Origin: Cenococcum geophilum | Taxonomy: Eukaryota | NCBI GenBank assembly: GCA_050273025.1 | Contig: CP158636.1 | Span: 11,656,001 to 11,720,000 of the forward strand | Direction of reading: 5' to 3' | Length of the DNA stretch: 64,000 nt | Shown: piece by piece, positions 22,447-35,500 of the stretch | How the letters are laid out: every line of letters starts with the position of its first letter | How positions within the stretch are numbered: position 1 is the stretch's first letter | Position numbers and translations under genes: made by a program | Notes under the pieces: generated by a model | The model's input: only the letters and a program-made list of their open reading frames with translations | What the model was told of the DNA's origin: nothing | The model's database searches: none

Positions 22447-25074
22447 AATTCTCATTTATTTCCTTTGTCATTCAACACTCATGATAGATGGACCTAACGA
22501 GTTCCCTTCCACTATTTCATCATTCAAGGACGGATTGGAACCGGAGAATCGCGGAGTGGACCTACTGGATAGGTCACGCATCTGGGATCACCTGGAAGAG
22601 GGGCATTTTAGAAGCATCCTTGTCTGCATTGCATTGCGGCGGCGCTGTTGGGTTTTGTTGCATTTTATATTGTTATTAGCATTTTCAGCTGGCCGACGAG
22701 CCGCTGAACTCTGGATGGATATTTATAAGATAGTCAGTCGCTAGATAGTGGGCCTTCTTATAGAAGACTCGTAATTACAATGCGAAGGATCTCCTGATCA
22801 GAACTTCACTATCTTCAGTATGCCTTTCCTGTATTAAACTTTAGTCATGCTTCGCAACTTCCCATGTATGTACAGCACAACAGTTTGCAACTCCTAGCTT
22901 ACCGCTCCCAGCCGCACTTCCGGTGCAAAGTTAGCTACAACCTCAGCTTTTCTGACCGTTTGCTCTTGCTTCGTAAACTTACACAGCTGCTGTCAGATTC
23001 TTCTTTTGCTGCACCCCGCCATGGAAAATCAGCCGTGCGTCGATCCGTGCCGCACCGCCTCAGTAGTTGTGCAAATCCGTGGCTGTGTTGGGCCGATCAC
23101 AAGGCCACCTCCTTCCAACCCCACTCTTCCGCACAGTCTTGCGCCTGCATGCAGCCAACCAGGCCTCCTGCATATGTACCGCAAATCAAACAGCCAACCG
23201 TTAGGCAAAGCCGTTTAGGGTCAGTCCGAGCTTAGGATATTCTCCTTGGGCTGTTTCAAGTGCGCCTCGGCTGAGAGGGTACTAGCACCTAACACTACAC
23301 AGCCGCCCACGTCGGAGCGCTTGTATAGGCGGTAACAGGGAAGTACTGTGTAAGCCTAAGTACGTTTAACCGTCCCTAGATATCGCCCGACGTTAACAAC
23401 GCGAAGCGCTGGTCAAATAGCCGTTGTCGCACAGCTATCCTGCAAGCCTTCCGGTCAGCTTCAACCAGCCAACCAAAATTCCATTTTATGTCTCTCGGTT
23501 ACTTATCTCGTAGCGCTGTACCAACATTTCGTTGCCTAAGTGGTACTAAGTTTAATATTGTTCAGTGTTTCTTGGGGCATGGGTCCCGAGAATCGTTGAA
23601 GCCAGTTCCTGCACATGAACTTCAGCCAGGCTGTTCTTCAACCTCATCCGTTCTAGTCAGCCCTCAGCTCATTTATTGCAAACAGTTTTCATTTCGAAGT
23701 TCTTTCCAGGAAGCGCCCTCTCTAGTGTGGAACGAATGCACACTCCGAACTCTCCTGAATCCTCCTCGATCTTCAGAAGTGTGACGGTCATTCTATTCTC
23801 TCACAATATGCAGCCTTCTACGGTTTCCCTTCTCCGCCACGTACAAACCTCCGACTACGCGCTACGAAACAATTCTACTCTCCGAAACGCCTACCTCCCG
23901 GCCGTAACCGTCGTGGAGTGAGAAGGTGCCTACCCTGGCTTATTGAATTCGACGTGAGATCTCAACCCAGCGGCATTCGAGTTAGGCATTAATGACCAAA
24001 AAAAAATTGAGGTCCATCCAAAGCCCTTAAGTTAACAAGATCCGGCCAAATAACTGCCCTAAGGATACCAAAACAAAGGAGTGCTGCTATTAGCTTTCAA
24101 GAATGGCTCCAGGTTTTCCAGATCACTATTTCGCATTTGGAATCGTGTATTCTCCCGGTTGTTTTCCCACCGTATTTATAGTATGAGCTATTCTCAACCA
24201 CTCAAATCATGCATCGAAGGCATGAATCTGGATATTGCTATAAACGCAATACAATAACCCTAATAAACCGTTCCTCTTTCGTTCAGGCCCCCAGGCTATG
24301 CAGCAAGCAGCACTGCACAACCGCGTCGCCCTATTTCCAAAGCGTTCACCATATTCCACATGACCAGACTTATCGGTATTGCCGCAAAACTGTTTGTCAT
24401 GCTAATCCGCACAGAATTCTATAAGTGGTAAGTAACATGTGCGTTGCTCCGCTGCGGACTTCGTGGTAGGCATATCGTGAACAGGTAGATGCACATCGAA
24501 CTCTCAGAAAAGATATCTAATAATAGTAACGAAAACAGCGTTACAAACAAAAAGACCCCCACAGAGTTGCATGGCGATATGGTGATGAGGTAATGTGTTG
24601 CGATGCGGGAGCCACTATAATCTATTCCACAACCATACTTATTTTGTGTGGTCGTCGATGCTTGTATGGTCGCTGGCGGATGATCCCTTGAGCGTCCTCT
24701 AAACCAAATCATGATCGCAGCCACATTACAGAACGAGAAAGGAATGGAATGAGAGCAGCGGCAGCACTTATGGTACCTAGTAGCGCCGTTGTGTAAGAAG
24801 AGATGTGTGTCGATCTTCTATAATTCACTGCGTCCTGCTCTTTCTGTATCTGTTGAAGCGTTAAGTCATACTGGCGGTATATTAGTGGTTGTGTCTGCTT
24901 CCCTCTTGGAAGCTCTAGCTAACGTCTAAGCTCTACCAGCCATGTATCGTTTAATTGGCTGTGACGGTGAAGCATTTACATATCCCTGGATTCTCTCGAA
25001 TTCCAGTGTTTGGACAAAGCATTCGCCGATGTGTCGGCCGAGATCGTATTTGCTTACACTATTCCCATTACCTA

Positions 25075-25920
25075 TTACCGACTGAGTGGCAATACCGACC
25101 GGGTGGCAATGGAATGACAATTACAAATCGTCGTTAGCATCGTCGTTAGCATCGTCGTTAGCATCGTTGTAAGCCTCCTGCCACCTACCTGATGTATATG
25201 GTGAGGCTCTAGGGCTTCTTGCAATGAGATAAAGTCTTCCTCATCTTCTTCCGATCTGCATTGGATCGACACGATGTCTCTAGATCCTTCATCATGCTCT
25301 CTTTCCCCTCCTTTCCAGCCAACAAATGGTTGATATCCTCGCGCAATCTTCTCTTTCCCTACACGTGGCGTTCTCCTATGGCCCTCCGGAGTATGCGCTC
25401 CCTTTCAACGATATTTTGGCTTAGTGTCACTCTCTCTGCAGCCCATTGATCATACAGAAAGCGACCAGCATATGTATCCTGAATTGATTTCTCCTCATCT
25501 ACCATCTGCTGTTGGGTTCTTTAACTTCAATCTTTTATTGGGGTTTGCAATACACGCAATGATTTGCTTTGCGGAGGTTGACCCTGCACAAAGGGGCCAA
25601 GCAGCACACCCACCACTGCGGAGATCACTCCAGAACTGTGGAGTATCGTAGTGCTCACACTCGCGATCCCGTGTTCCATCCAAGTCTACCTTACCCCAAA
25701 CAGTAGTGATCATGACAACACTATTGAACTTCTCGCGCCTAACGATCTGTTTGCACAGGCCAAGGTCACGCAGCCCGCTTCCCCGCAGATGAGCGTCCGT
25801 GATTCTACGAAGATACAAAATTCCGCAGAGTAAAATGCTTTTCTTGGATGTCTGGATGAGCTAGAACACTATCTCGTGGAAGACTCCGACTTCTGATATA
25901 TTCGTGTCGTCAAATCCGGG
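25075..25920 (-). pseudogene. Truncated fungal P-loop G-domain (DTPGFDDT-type) protein pseudogene
   Basis: From 25920: PGFDDTNISEVGVFHEIVF*LIQ...GILYLRRITDAHLRGSGLRDL...VVMITTVWGKV; in-frame TAG, the Walker A region is missing, and the downstream sequence is frameshifted. Confidence 0.7.
25127..25170. repeat. 12-bp tandem repeat ATCGTCGTTAGC x3.6
   Basis: Three perfect copies plus a partial copy. Confidence 0.85.
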
Positions 25921-26085
25921 AAGAGGAGGAATGGTAGATAGCTTTTCTAGGTTCTTGGCATTAAATTGCGGTTTTAACAAGTCTTAGTTAGAGTAAGGCT
26001 TTGCGGAGGGTCTGACGGGAGTTTTTGAAGGGTTTTAGGGTATCGTTTAAAACAGATTATTACATGGTAATATCTGAAGTAAGTT

Positions 26086-27936
26086 TTATATGAAATTCGA
26101 AGCCTCCCCACAGGAGTGTTGCCGCGGAAGTCGATGAGAGGTCCTCTTGTACGCCACGATGCTCTCTTTCTTTAATGCCCTCTGCCCCAACACGATTGCA
26201 TACCGATCTTCACCTCTACCTTGACCGCCACTAACAAGCTGCATTGGTAGCTCTCCAGCGCCATCGTCCGGATCACTCATCAACCACATCCTCTTCTCCT
26301 TCGTCTTCATCTTCATCGCATCCGCAATCTCAGTCCCGCCACGGCTCGCCGCAACAACCAAATGCCTCGGATCCAGATAATTAAACCCGCCCAAGCTTTT
26401 CCAGCCCGACGTGCGTACCGCTTCGGCGACTGCTAGCAGCAGAACCGCGAGGTTCAAACCGAAGATAGCGTAGACGTAGACAGTTTGCCCAAAGCGCAGC
26501 GCGCTCAGCTGTACCACGGCAGTCTGCCCGACCGAGAACCGGCCGACCATGAGCTGCGCGCTAGCGTATGCAGCCATCATATCGTCGGTCATGGCGACCA
26601 TGGAGTTGGTCAGGCCAGCGAGGGTTGCTTCGGCTTCCGTGACGGCCCTGCTGCCTTGTGATATGTTCCAGGCGCCAATGCTGGAGTTCAGCGCGTCGCC
26701 GAGGAGCGAGACGTAGAGATTTGTTAGGTCGTTGGAGATGAGCTCGAGTTGCCGCACCACTGTCCTTGTCAGGTTCCTCTCCGGGTTGAAGTCGGGAATG
26801 CTGAGGCCTGGCATCACGGCGATTGTGCGATTTGGTAGGTTGACGGAGATGTTGAAGAGCGTGGGAGTGAAGTCGAAGGTGCATTGCGTTGTATTGAGAA
26901 AGGCGTAGCTATCCCCCGCTGTGACAGCCATGAATCGCCGAGGACTAAGTTCGCTGTGAGCTACCCCAATTGCCACTATCGCAGATTCGGAGTGTCCGAC
27001 GTAGTTCGAGTACTCGGGTGACTCGACGCTATCGGGGAGGTTGCCCGTAGCTGCGTAGAGCCATTGTCGACCAGTACTATCATTGATCAGGAAGTCGGTG
27101 CTGGAGTTGTAGATGCAGGAGACGTTTGCGAGGTAGCCAGCCTCTTGGTAGGTGTACCCTGTGGCGAGTGCGGTTCCTGTAATGGGGTTGTCGCTGAGGC
27201 CTATGGCGGCACCAACACCATAGGAGCGACCAGTGTACTGAAATTGGGTATTGTCAAATTTAGAATGGATGCGGGGACTGTTGTCTACAGTTGTAGCGGA
27301 CGCGGCTGAGGATAGAAGATTACCAGTGAGTTGAGTGCCAACGGAGTAGGTGAAGAAGCCTAGTTGTGTGCGGAGTGAAGGGCCTGCTCTCCCTATTTCG
27401 GATGGGTATTCTTTGATCAAGGAGATGTTGCTATAGCTTGGAACTTGAAGGTTGCCAATGGTTGTGTCCTCAGTTAAGGTTGGAGTTATTGCACCAGCCC
27501 ATAGCGCAGAGGGCACAATACTAAATGCAACGACCAAGGAGACCAGAAGGAAGAATCGCAGCGGCAGATCCCACTCGATCCGTGGAAGGCTCATATCCAC
27601 CCATGTTCGCAGGATATCTAGGTTGACGGCAGATTTATTCAGCCTTAGAAGTGTGGCATAATTGATTAGCCTGCATACTACTGTGACATGGACTAGCCCG
27701 AGGAGACCAGATAGAAGTTGAACTATTAATCCGACAGAGGCTCGATGTGTAGTGACGCTATAGTAAAGAGATTCAGAAATGGTCGAATGAAGGACATCTG
27801 CGGCTAGGAGAGCAGACGACAGCGCTGTAGTAATAAGCAGGCCATGGAAAGCATTATGCTTCGTCCAATAGTAATACCAATTTGCTGTTCTTGAGTGCGG
27901 AGTAAAGCGCGATTCGTTTTGTCGTTTCCATATCAT
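26086..27936 (-). CDS. Hypothetical membrane glycoprotein (N-terminal TM helices, N-glycosylated lumenal domain, C-terminal TM)
   Basis: Single ORF of about 616 aa from ATG 27936; hydrophobic segments; many NxS/T sequons (NVS, NSS, NTT, NIS, NRT, NLT). Confidence 0.8.
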   Translation of the reverse strand: MIWKRQNESRFTPHSRTANWYYYWTKHNAFHGLLITTALSSALLAADVLHSTISESLYYSVTTHRASVGLIVQLLSGLLGLVHVTVVCRLINYATLLRLNKSAVNLDILRTWVDMSLPRIEWDLPLRFFLLVSLVVAFSIVPSALWAGAITPTLTEDTTIGNLQVPSYSNISLIKEYPSEIGRAGPSLRTQLGFFTYSVGTQLTGNLLSSAASATTVDNSPRIHSKFDNTQFQYTGRSYGVGAAIGLSDNPITGTALATGYTYQEAGYLANVSCIYNSSTDFLINDSTGRQWLYAATGNLPDSVESPEYSNYVGHSESAIVAIGVAHSELSPRRFMAVTAGDSYAFLNTTQCTFDFTPTLFNISVNLPNRTIAVMPGLSIPDFNPERNLTRTVVRQLELISNDLTNLYVSLLGDALNSSIGAWNISQGSRAVTEAEATLAGLTNSMVAMTDDMMAAYASAQLMVGRFSVGQTAVVQLSALRFGQTVYVYAIFGLNLAVLLLAVAEAVRTSGWKSLGGFNYLDPRHLVVAASRGGTEIADAMKMKTKEKRMWLMSDPDDGAGELPMQLVSGGQGRGEDRYAIVLGQRALKKESIVAYKRTSHRLPRQHSCGEASNFI

Positions 27937-28499
27937 ATTTAATTGGGGCAAGCCCTTGAAGAACCTCAGGGTACAATGTATAGTAGAGCTTCCACTTTCT
28001 TAACCGGCCCAAGGTTTCCTTAAGACAGTTATACTTGTTTATGAGCTCTGCTAAACAGTCCAAAGCCACTTACGAGGGTATAACCAGGAAAGCAGGCTGG
28101 GGGCGATTCAACGCTGGCGCAACACCGTGGAAGTCTGGCTTCAAAGAAACATGAAAAACGAAAATGAAGTTAAGGCGGATGAGCATGAGCTTATGTTAAA
28201 CTTTGTACCCAGGCGGGCGGTTACGCATTGAACGAGCTGTGCCGCACCCAACCACACCAAATCAGGCTTCGCCCGGTCGATTCCGTTCGTCACCAGGACA
28301 GTAAATGTATCATGTTAGAGCCTTCTACAGCTTGCACGAGCTTCTGTATCCCCCTGTACACGCGCGCGCGACGGGCATCCAATTCACTAACAACTGGTCA
28401 AGTACATCGTCCAGAGTAGATACTGGGCATTCGCAAAAAGGGTAGTCTTTAATTTTCAAGTTTAATTGCAAGTGCTAACCCGTTTTGAAGTTGAACTAA

Positions 28500-28846
28500 G
28501 GCTCTTGGCGTTCGTTCGACGAGGAGCTTGAATCTCTTCATTTGAAATCCAGATCGAATCTGAAGCCTTGTTGTATAAGCACCCGATTGACGACTGCTTG
28601 TAGTATGACGACTCTGCCCACCCCAATCGTAACGCTGCTGCAGTTGCGTCTGCACGTATTTTGTAACGTCCTTACCCTAACTTTCGTAATCGCGCGGCGT
28701 TTATATCTAGCATACTCATATGCGGCGAGGCACGAGGTAGATGTGGTGGTTACTCTGTCGGTGTATCCCTTGCGACGTTGATTCATGTCCTATTCTTATC
28801 GATAAGCTCCAGCCAATTAGATCGTTAGGATCTTAGAGCCGTGATA
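28500..28846. mobile_element. Possible degenerate LTR relic
   Basis: GGTGTATCCCTTG...TTATCGATAAG...AGCCAAT...GGATCT resembles 56380-56452 in the Gypsy LTR; ends GCCGTGATA (RIP-like version of ...CGTGACA). The left boundary is uncertain. Confidence 0.35.
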
Positions 28847-29552
28847 AGGAATATAAAGCTTAACATATATATATATATTTTAAATATCTACACTCAATCC
28901 TTGGTAGAGATTCGTTTGGGATAGGCGTTCTAGCAATCGCCCTTCCCACAGAACGGAATTCTACGAAGCTTCTGGTGTTCCGCACGGACCACCTGCAGTA
29001 GGACACCAACGTTGCATGGGATACTAGGATCGCTCACTAGAATCAATCACGCATGTGCAAAATAAATTTTAGAGCCTTATTTAGAGCCTCACCGAACAAT
29101 CAACTCAATTCCACATTTAACTAAAAGCCACGTTAGTAGACACTACTAAGAGGTGCACAGATCAAGGAGCTTCTGATTTAAGGCAATTTGCAGCCGCACA
29201 ACCCCTAAATATTGAATAAAGTAAGCGTGTTAGTAGGCGGCAGCCTTAGAGGCTTACCTCCGGGTAAGATGTTATTCTTGGTAAGAGATCATACTTGAAT
29301 GACTTCGAAAATTCCAAAAGTTGTCAATGGACTTCTGCTCTTTGTCTTGCCGTTTTGAGAAAGTACTACTCATTATTTTCGATTGCTCATTAACAAAGAG
29401 AACTCAAAATACACGGAGAAGTAGAGGGCAGTGAGGTTAGCCCGAGGAATTCATTCTAAACCCAACACACTGCCCAATGCCGCCTATGCCCTGAACCAGT
29501 AACCAAATTAATAATACGCTTCTCATACCAACGCTATGTTTTATTTCCTTCG

Positions 29553-32500
29553 CTACCCTTTTGCGTTCCACTTGTCATTATACGCGTTAACCGCTACAGC
29601 TACCTGTCTATAGAACCAATTCCTTGCACTCTCATCACCCACTGGAATGAACGGGCCATTGGTACCTCCCTTCAACGTGATGCTCATGCCCGTCCTCTCT
29701 TTCGAGATCGTCTGGATATCTTTGAGCGGGACGTCCCATTCAGTTTGCAACTTCTTTGTGCGCACGAGCATAATGCCATTATACGTAAGCATGACCAGCA
29801 TATCCCTGCCCGAAATCTCCAGGTGGGCGATGTAATCTTCGTTGAAGTATTTGCCGTTGTCGAGTGTCTTGAGCCAAAATTGGCCAAGAGCTTCACGTTG
29901 AGAATACGGGCGCACGATCCCGTCTTGGCTAATGAAACGTGTGAGGCGGACACGGTCAAGACCCTCTTGGTCAAAGACGGTGGTAGTGTTGCGGACACCT
30001 TCGGCCATGCTGGACGCGAGGTCGAACGCTCCGATGGCAGCTTTCGTTGGTAGGCCGAACAACCCTTTGCCGACACCTTTGACAAAACCGGCGACGCCTT
30101 CTTTCTCTGCGCCCTGGATGGGATGGCGGGCTAGACCCCCAATACCACTCGCCATGCTGCTAGCAAATGCATTGCCACCGGAAGTGATACCGTACAGGGC
30201 GTGTTTAGGTCGGTTTCTGGAGCGTGACATTCGTCGCTGATCCTGGAATTCCTTGTCCAAAGTGGCAGCTGCGAGACCTTTCGACACGCTGCCAGTGAAC
30301 TTGGCCATGCTGTCGGAAAGACCAAACACGGATTTCTTCACGAAGCTGGATGCACCTTTTGCTATCCCAATGCCGAGCTCTTGCGGTCTATCTGACATTA
30401 CAAGACCCTGATAGGGTTCGTAGAAAATATCTGCGACGCCGGAGCTGACGTTGTTGAAGAGGCCGACTGGGTTTCCAAGGAAGTCTGCAGAACCAAGAAC
30501 GACGTGCACCTGCCGAAGAGACTCTTGAACATAGTGGTTCTTGATGTTGTTAATAAGAGCCTCAGTGGATACTCGAGCGTTCTCAAGCATTAACGAATTG
30601 TATCTTACAGGCGCATCATTTACGTTTCCGATTGACATGGTCAACACGTTGACTGCAAACATGAAAGGATTTGAAACAGTCATGGTGTCTTCGGCGTTAA
30701 TGCGCTCGGTTCGGACAAAAGACAAGTCAATTTGCATTGGCTGCAGGTGTAGAAGTTCGAAGTAGACATCTTGACCTGTTTGCCCTTGCGTGGGCTCTGG
30801 GATGTCTAGGGTGTCATCGCAGAGCTTGCCCTCTTTTTCTTCTGACCAAGAAGCACCCGGTATCTTTGTGAAGTCGAGCAAGGCAAAAATGAAATCTTCG
30901 TCTATCTCTACCGTCATTTGCTGCAGTAAAATGGTGAAGTATTTGATGTAGAGCACTCCGTACGAATCGTCCTTGACGCGAGTCACCATCATGTGGAAAA
31001 TAGGATGAGCTTCCATCTCTTTGCCAGTCTTCGGTACAACACTAGGGTAGAAAATGATTGGGAAGATGCCACCGTAAAGTTGGTTGTCGATCTGGATCCA
31101 TTTAACCGTAGTATTCAATGTCTGATAGAGCGCAGAATCAGAGTATTTGACTTCGATGTCCCTCATAGTGATGTAGACAAGTTCGCGAAGCTGTGCGTTG
31201 ATTAATGAAATACCAATGCCTGCTAGCCGTAACTGTGCTTTGAATGTGACATCCGTGTCCATTTCTTTGACTTCGAATCCTCCAGTAGTCGATTGAGACG
31301 CTGCGCCTGACTTTTGCTTATATAGACTCTTGGACGGTTTATAATTCGAGAGTACCAATGCCTGCGTAGGACCGTTTGCTACAACGTTTAGATCGATAAT
31401 CTTTTGCTGGTTAGACCCTTGAGCTGACGGTATCTTGAATGGAATCAGGTTGCCGATCTCTGCAAGCTTGACGCGTCTCTCTTTCCCGCTTGCGCTAAGA
31501 ATGATCTCTTTATGTTTTGCAGCAGGATAATCCCAGGCGTACGCCATGATACTTCTGGGAGGAAGGCGGTAGCGGATTGGACGGAATCCAGTCCCCCGGT
31601 CGTCTTCCTCTTCTTCAATGTTTGGATTGGCCTGCCAGTAGAGGAATTCTTGGTCGCTCTCATTCCGCATCGAGAATGGCCAATGTTTATTCTCAACGCT
31701 GATGTGAAGGAAGATGGTTGCTTGCTCCAGGAGGATGTCAATTCGAATAAGTTTCTGTCGCTGACCCGCCTTGGACAGTTTAACATGAACACTTCCTACA
31801 TTGGATATGTTGAAAGGCGATGACCATTGGTTATTGACACCCGGGTAACAGATACATAGTTGCGGATTGGAGCCTTGGCGTAAGAAACATAGGGGCAAAA
31901 GTTCGTCATTCTTTACTGACATCCACTCAGAAGATCCAGGCTCGCGGATGTTTAGTTCTTCTTTAAGCTTATTCTTAATGATGAATCTCGGTGCAATTGT
32001 AACTACCTTGCTTAGCTTGTACTACAAAATGTTAACTTTCAATATAACGTCATATAGCTGATTAGACTTCACTAACCTTGCCTTCGCCTTCATCTACAGT
32101 AACTCCGATATGCGTCTCGGAACGAGAAGTGCCTGAAGGTAGCGTGATTTCATATGTGCTACCGATGGCATCAAAACTTTGGGGTTTGCTCCAATTTGAA
32201 TCTCCAACCTTGATGAGAGCGCGATTCTTTCGATCATCAGTGGAATGTGAGAACATGAAAGGCATAGGCTTTCGCGCATTGTCTTCGCTGTTCGCGAAAA
32301 CTCCTTGACCGGCAGCTGCTTTGGCTTGCCCAAGGAATGTCTTGCTTCTCACATCGAGCTCCAAGCCCGTCCGATTGAGTATGACGTAAGAACTATAGAT
32401 GCTGACTTTGAAAGATCCCCCACCGTCCGGAATGTTACTAGTATTCATTAGTTAGGGCGTGTTATGTTTTAGGATTAATCTTACTAGAAGTGCATTTTAA

Positions 32501-35500
32501 GGTTCAATGTCAGGCCATTGCTGTCCTTAACCTCAAGAGTCTTCTCCCGTCTGAAGTTTTCGCGATCGGTCGAGTTTATGATACCAAATCTACTTGGTTT
32601 GAAGGGTGTATCCTGCATATCTACGCTTATCAGAAGAAGATGGGAGAGTTCGACCACGTGGACGGGGCTGACACCGCCTTTTCGGAGGAAGTTGGTCCAA
32701 TCCTTCTTGGTATTCTCATCATAGATTCTATACTTGAAGTCGAATGGGAGTAAGTTCTGGACCTCAACAGGAGCGGCAAGGCGGATTCGCATATATGGAT
32801 AGACGCTATTGCTTGTTAGCAAATAATCTTTATAGCTAGGTGACAAGAATGTATACCTAGTCAGAGGATCTTTCTTGTCAAAGACAGCGTGCATCTGGAA
32901 ATAGAAAGGAGGGGACTGGTCATCCTGTTCTCCACGACAGGTAATTGTTCTCGTAGGACGTTTGAGAAGGTCCTTCCAAAATAGTCGCTCGTTTGACCAA
33001 GTATAGCCAAAGCCTTGATCCGGACGGACGACGATAGAGTGCATGAATGCCGCACCAACTGGCGCAGGCCTGGCATCGCCCGGCGCTACCTTCTCGATCT
33101 TCAAGAGATGACCCTCCTCAGGGCTGTAAATACCCAGCTCTACCGGGATCTGTGTGTTGTTCTCTACCAAAAGCGGTGAGCGAAACGTGATGTACTTAAC
33201 GTTATCAGTACCAAGCTTGACTTCGACAAGAAGACGATGTTGTATTTTCTCTTTCCGTGGCTTGAGATTGTACAGAGATTCTCCCTCGCGGTGCACAGGG
33301 ATTCGGGAAATGCTGTCAAAACCGCTGCCTTCCAGCTTCACACCGACAACGCCTGTAGCTCCTTCAGGTGATAAAGTTTCTCTAGTGGCCGAAGGATCTT
33401 CAAAGCGCCATGGAGCTTCTTCACCGTCTTGGAGCTTAGCAGCATAGCCTTCTTCATCGTCACGTCCATCAGCCCATACGTCAATGTTGAAACCAGTATA
33501 GTTTCGAATTCGATAGGGAGCATCAGTGCCTCGAGGCTTGGATAAAATGTCTTCATCTGTAGAGAGGAAGTCCGCAGACTTTGAAGCCAGGGCAATTGTA
33601 GCAGCAGTTACCGTCAGCTCCAAAGCTTTCCTTGAATATAACTCTACGGAGAGCTTGTCAGGATTTTGATCTTTCGACATGTGGAAGCCTAGTTGCCATG
33701 GTTCGACCAAAGGCTCCCATACTGATTTGGAGAAGTTGTAAATGTTGAATAATGTCTCGAGATTCGTGTCCGCACTCATGGCTCCAGACCAGTCTCTGAC
33801 ATCGATACCAAATTTCTTAACCCTCCAATCAAGCATCGGCAGCTCATGAAGATCTCCTATAAGAACAACTCGAATTCCTTCAATATTGATCTTCATCTCC
33901 TCCCGCTTGAGGACAGCTGATCCTGAAGGTCGTGGCGGCTGTGGTGGGGCATCGTGGCTTGATTTTCTCGTCGATATGGTTTTTGTCGTCTTCTTTGGCA
34001 TAGTTGAGGTCCCCTTGCCAGGTGTAGACTTTGCCTTTGTACTCGACCTTGTAATTTGTTTGATCTTTTGAGGGTCCTGGCTTGCCATCTTAGTATCACC
34101 CCTGCCAGACATCTCTGATGCACGAGTGAAGATCTGCATAGCAAGCAAGATGTCTCGAAGCGACAGACGGAGGATGAGAGGTTCAATGTCCACATTGATG
34201 CTAGTCAGTGATGATTGTGTGCCTTGTGATCGCATATCAAGAGATGTTCGTATACTGAAATCATCCAGTATCCGAAGCCTACTCGTCTCAAACTGGTCCA
34301 TCCGGCAGAGGAACATTCCAACTTTGTCCACTTGCAAAGCCACTGCTTGCTGTTTCGAAATGAGAACTTGCTTTGTGCCGAGGACAATGGCTTCGGAGCT
34401 TGTAATTGCGGGATTGGCAATCAATACAATCTGTGCATCAACGATGTTGACGCGGAAAGAGATGTTCATGCCAGATTCCTCTTCATTGCCCGAAGAAGCA
34501 CTCTTCACTTGCGGGCTCTTTGTACCCGCACCAGACCTAGCACTAGGAGTGCTTTCCGCATCGGTAAGACCATCTTCGTCCGATTCTTCTTCGATTACCA
34601 AAGGTTCATCGGTTGCAAGTCCAGCGTTTGCGAAATCCTGAAGAGCAAAAAGATAATCTAGGGCTAGAATAATCTTTGGACTATCGATTGTAAGAATCGC
34701 AATCAGGTTTCTCTCTTGGCCACCAGATATTGATATGCTTGCCATGAACTGCTGTTCGACATCGTTGTTGATGAGAGACATGATCTTCCGGAATTTGTTT
34801 GTTTCCTGAGTGCGACTGTCTCTGATGGTAAATGACTGAACCACCAACTCTACTTCTAAAGCGCCGTCGCTGATCATCCGAAGCTTCACGTTCGTTTCGT
34901 TCAGGGAAAATTTGGATAGACTGCAGCTCTCAATCTCCCCTACAGGTTCGTTTTCCTTGGACTTGATCAATTCTAAACCAATTGCTCCGGCTTTGAAGAT
35001 GAAATCTAGCTTCGTCCATTTATCGGAGCCGATGTGTAGTTCAGGACTCTGACTTGAAATAACTTCACCAGAATTTTCATCGGAGTTTTGTTCGTTATCT
35101 TTGATGGCCTTTGCTGGTTCTATTGTGGAGTCAGGCAACTCACGTTCCAGATCTTCTTCAATTACTTCTTCTGCCTCTGTGGTGAAAGCAGCGGGTACAG
35201 ACTTGGCGAGCTCCAGCATAAATTTGAGTTGTTCCTGTGTAAGCTTAAGGTTCATGTTTGACATTAAACCCTCGATTTCAAGATCCGGTCGCTGATATTC
35301 GGGCTTGTGTTCGACATAAGTGATTTTGAAATCTAAGTCAACTTTATCAATCAACTCTAGCTCTTCGGATTGGTCGTCTTCATAGTGCAGATTTGATGTC
35401 AGTCTGATGTTTCTTATACCTGCGGAAAGCTTATTCACAACGTCTGATGATCCCGAATCGTCCATAGGAACAAACTTATTCTTGGCATATATCTCTCCAA

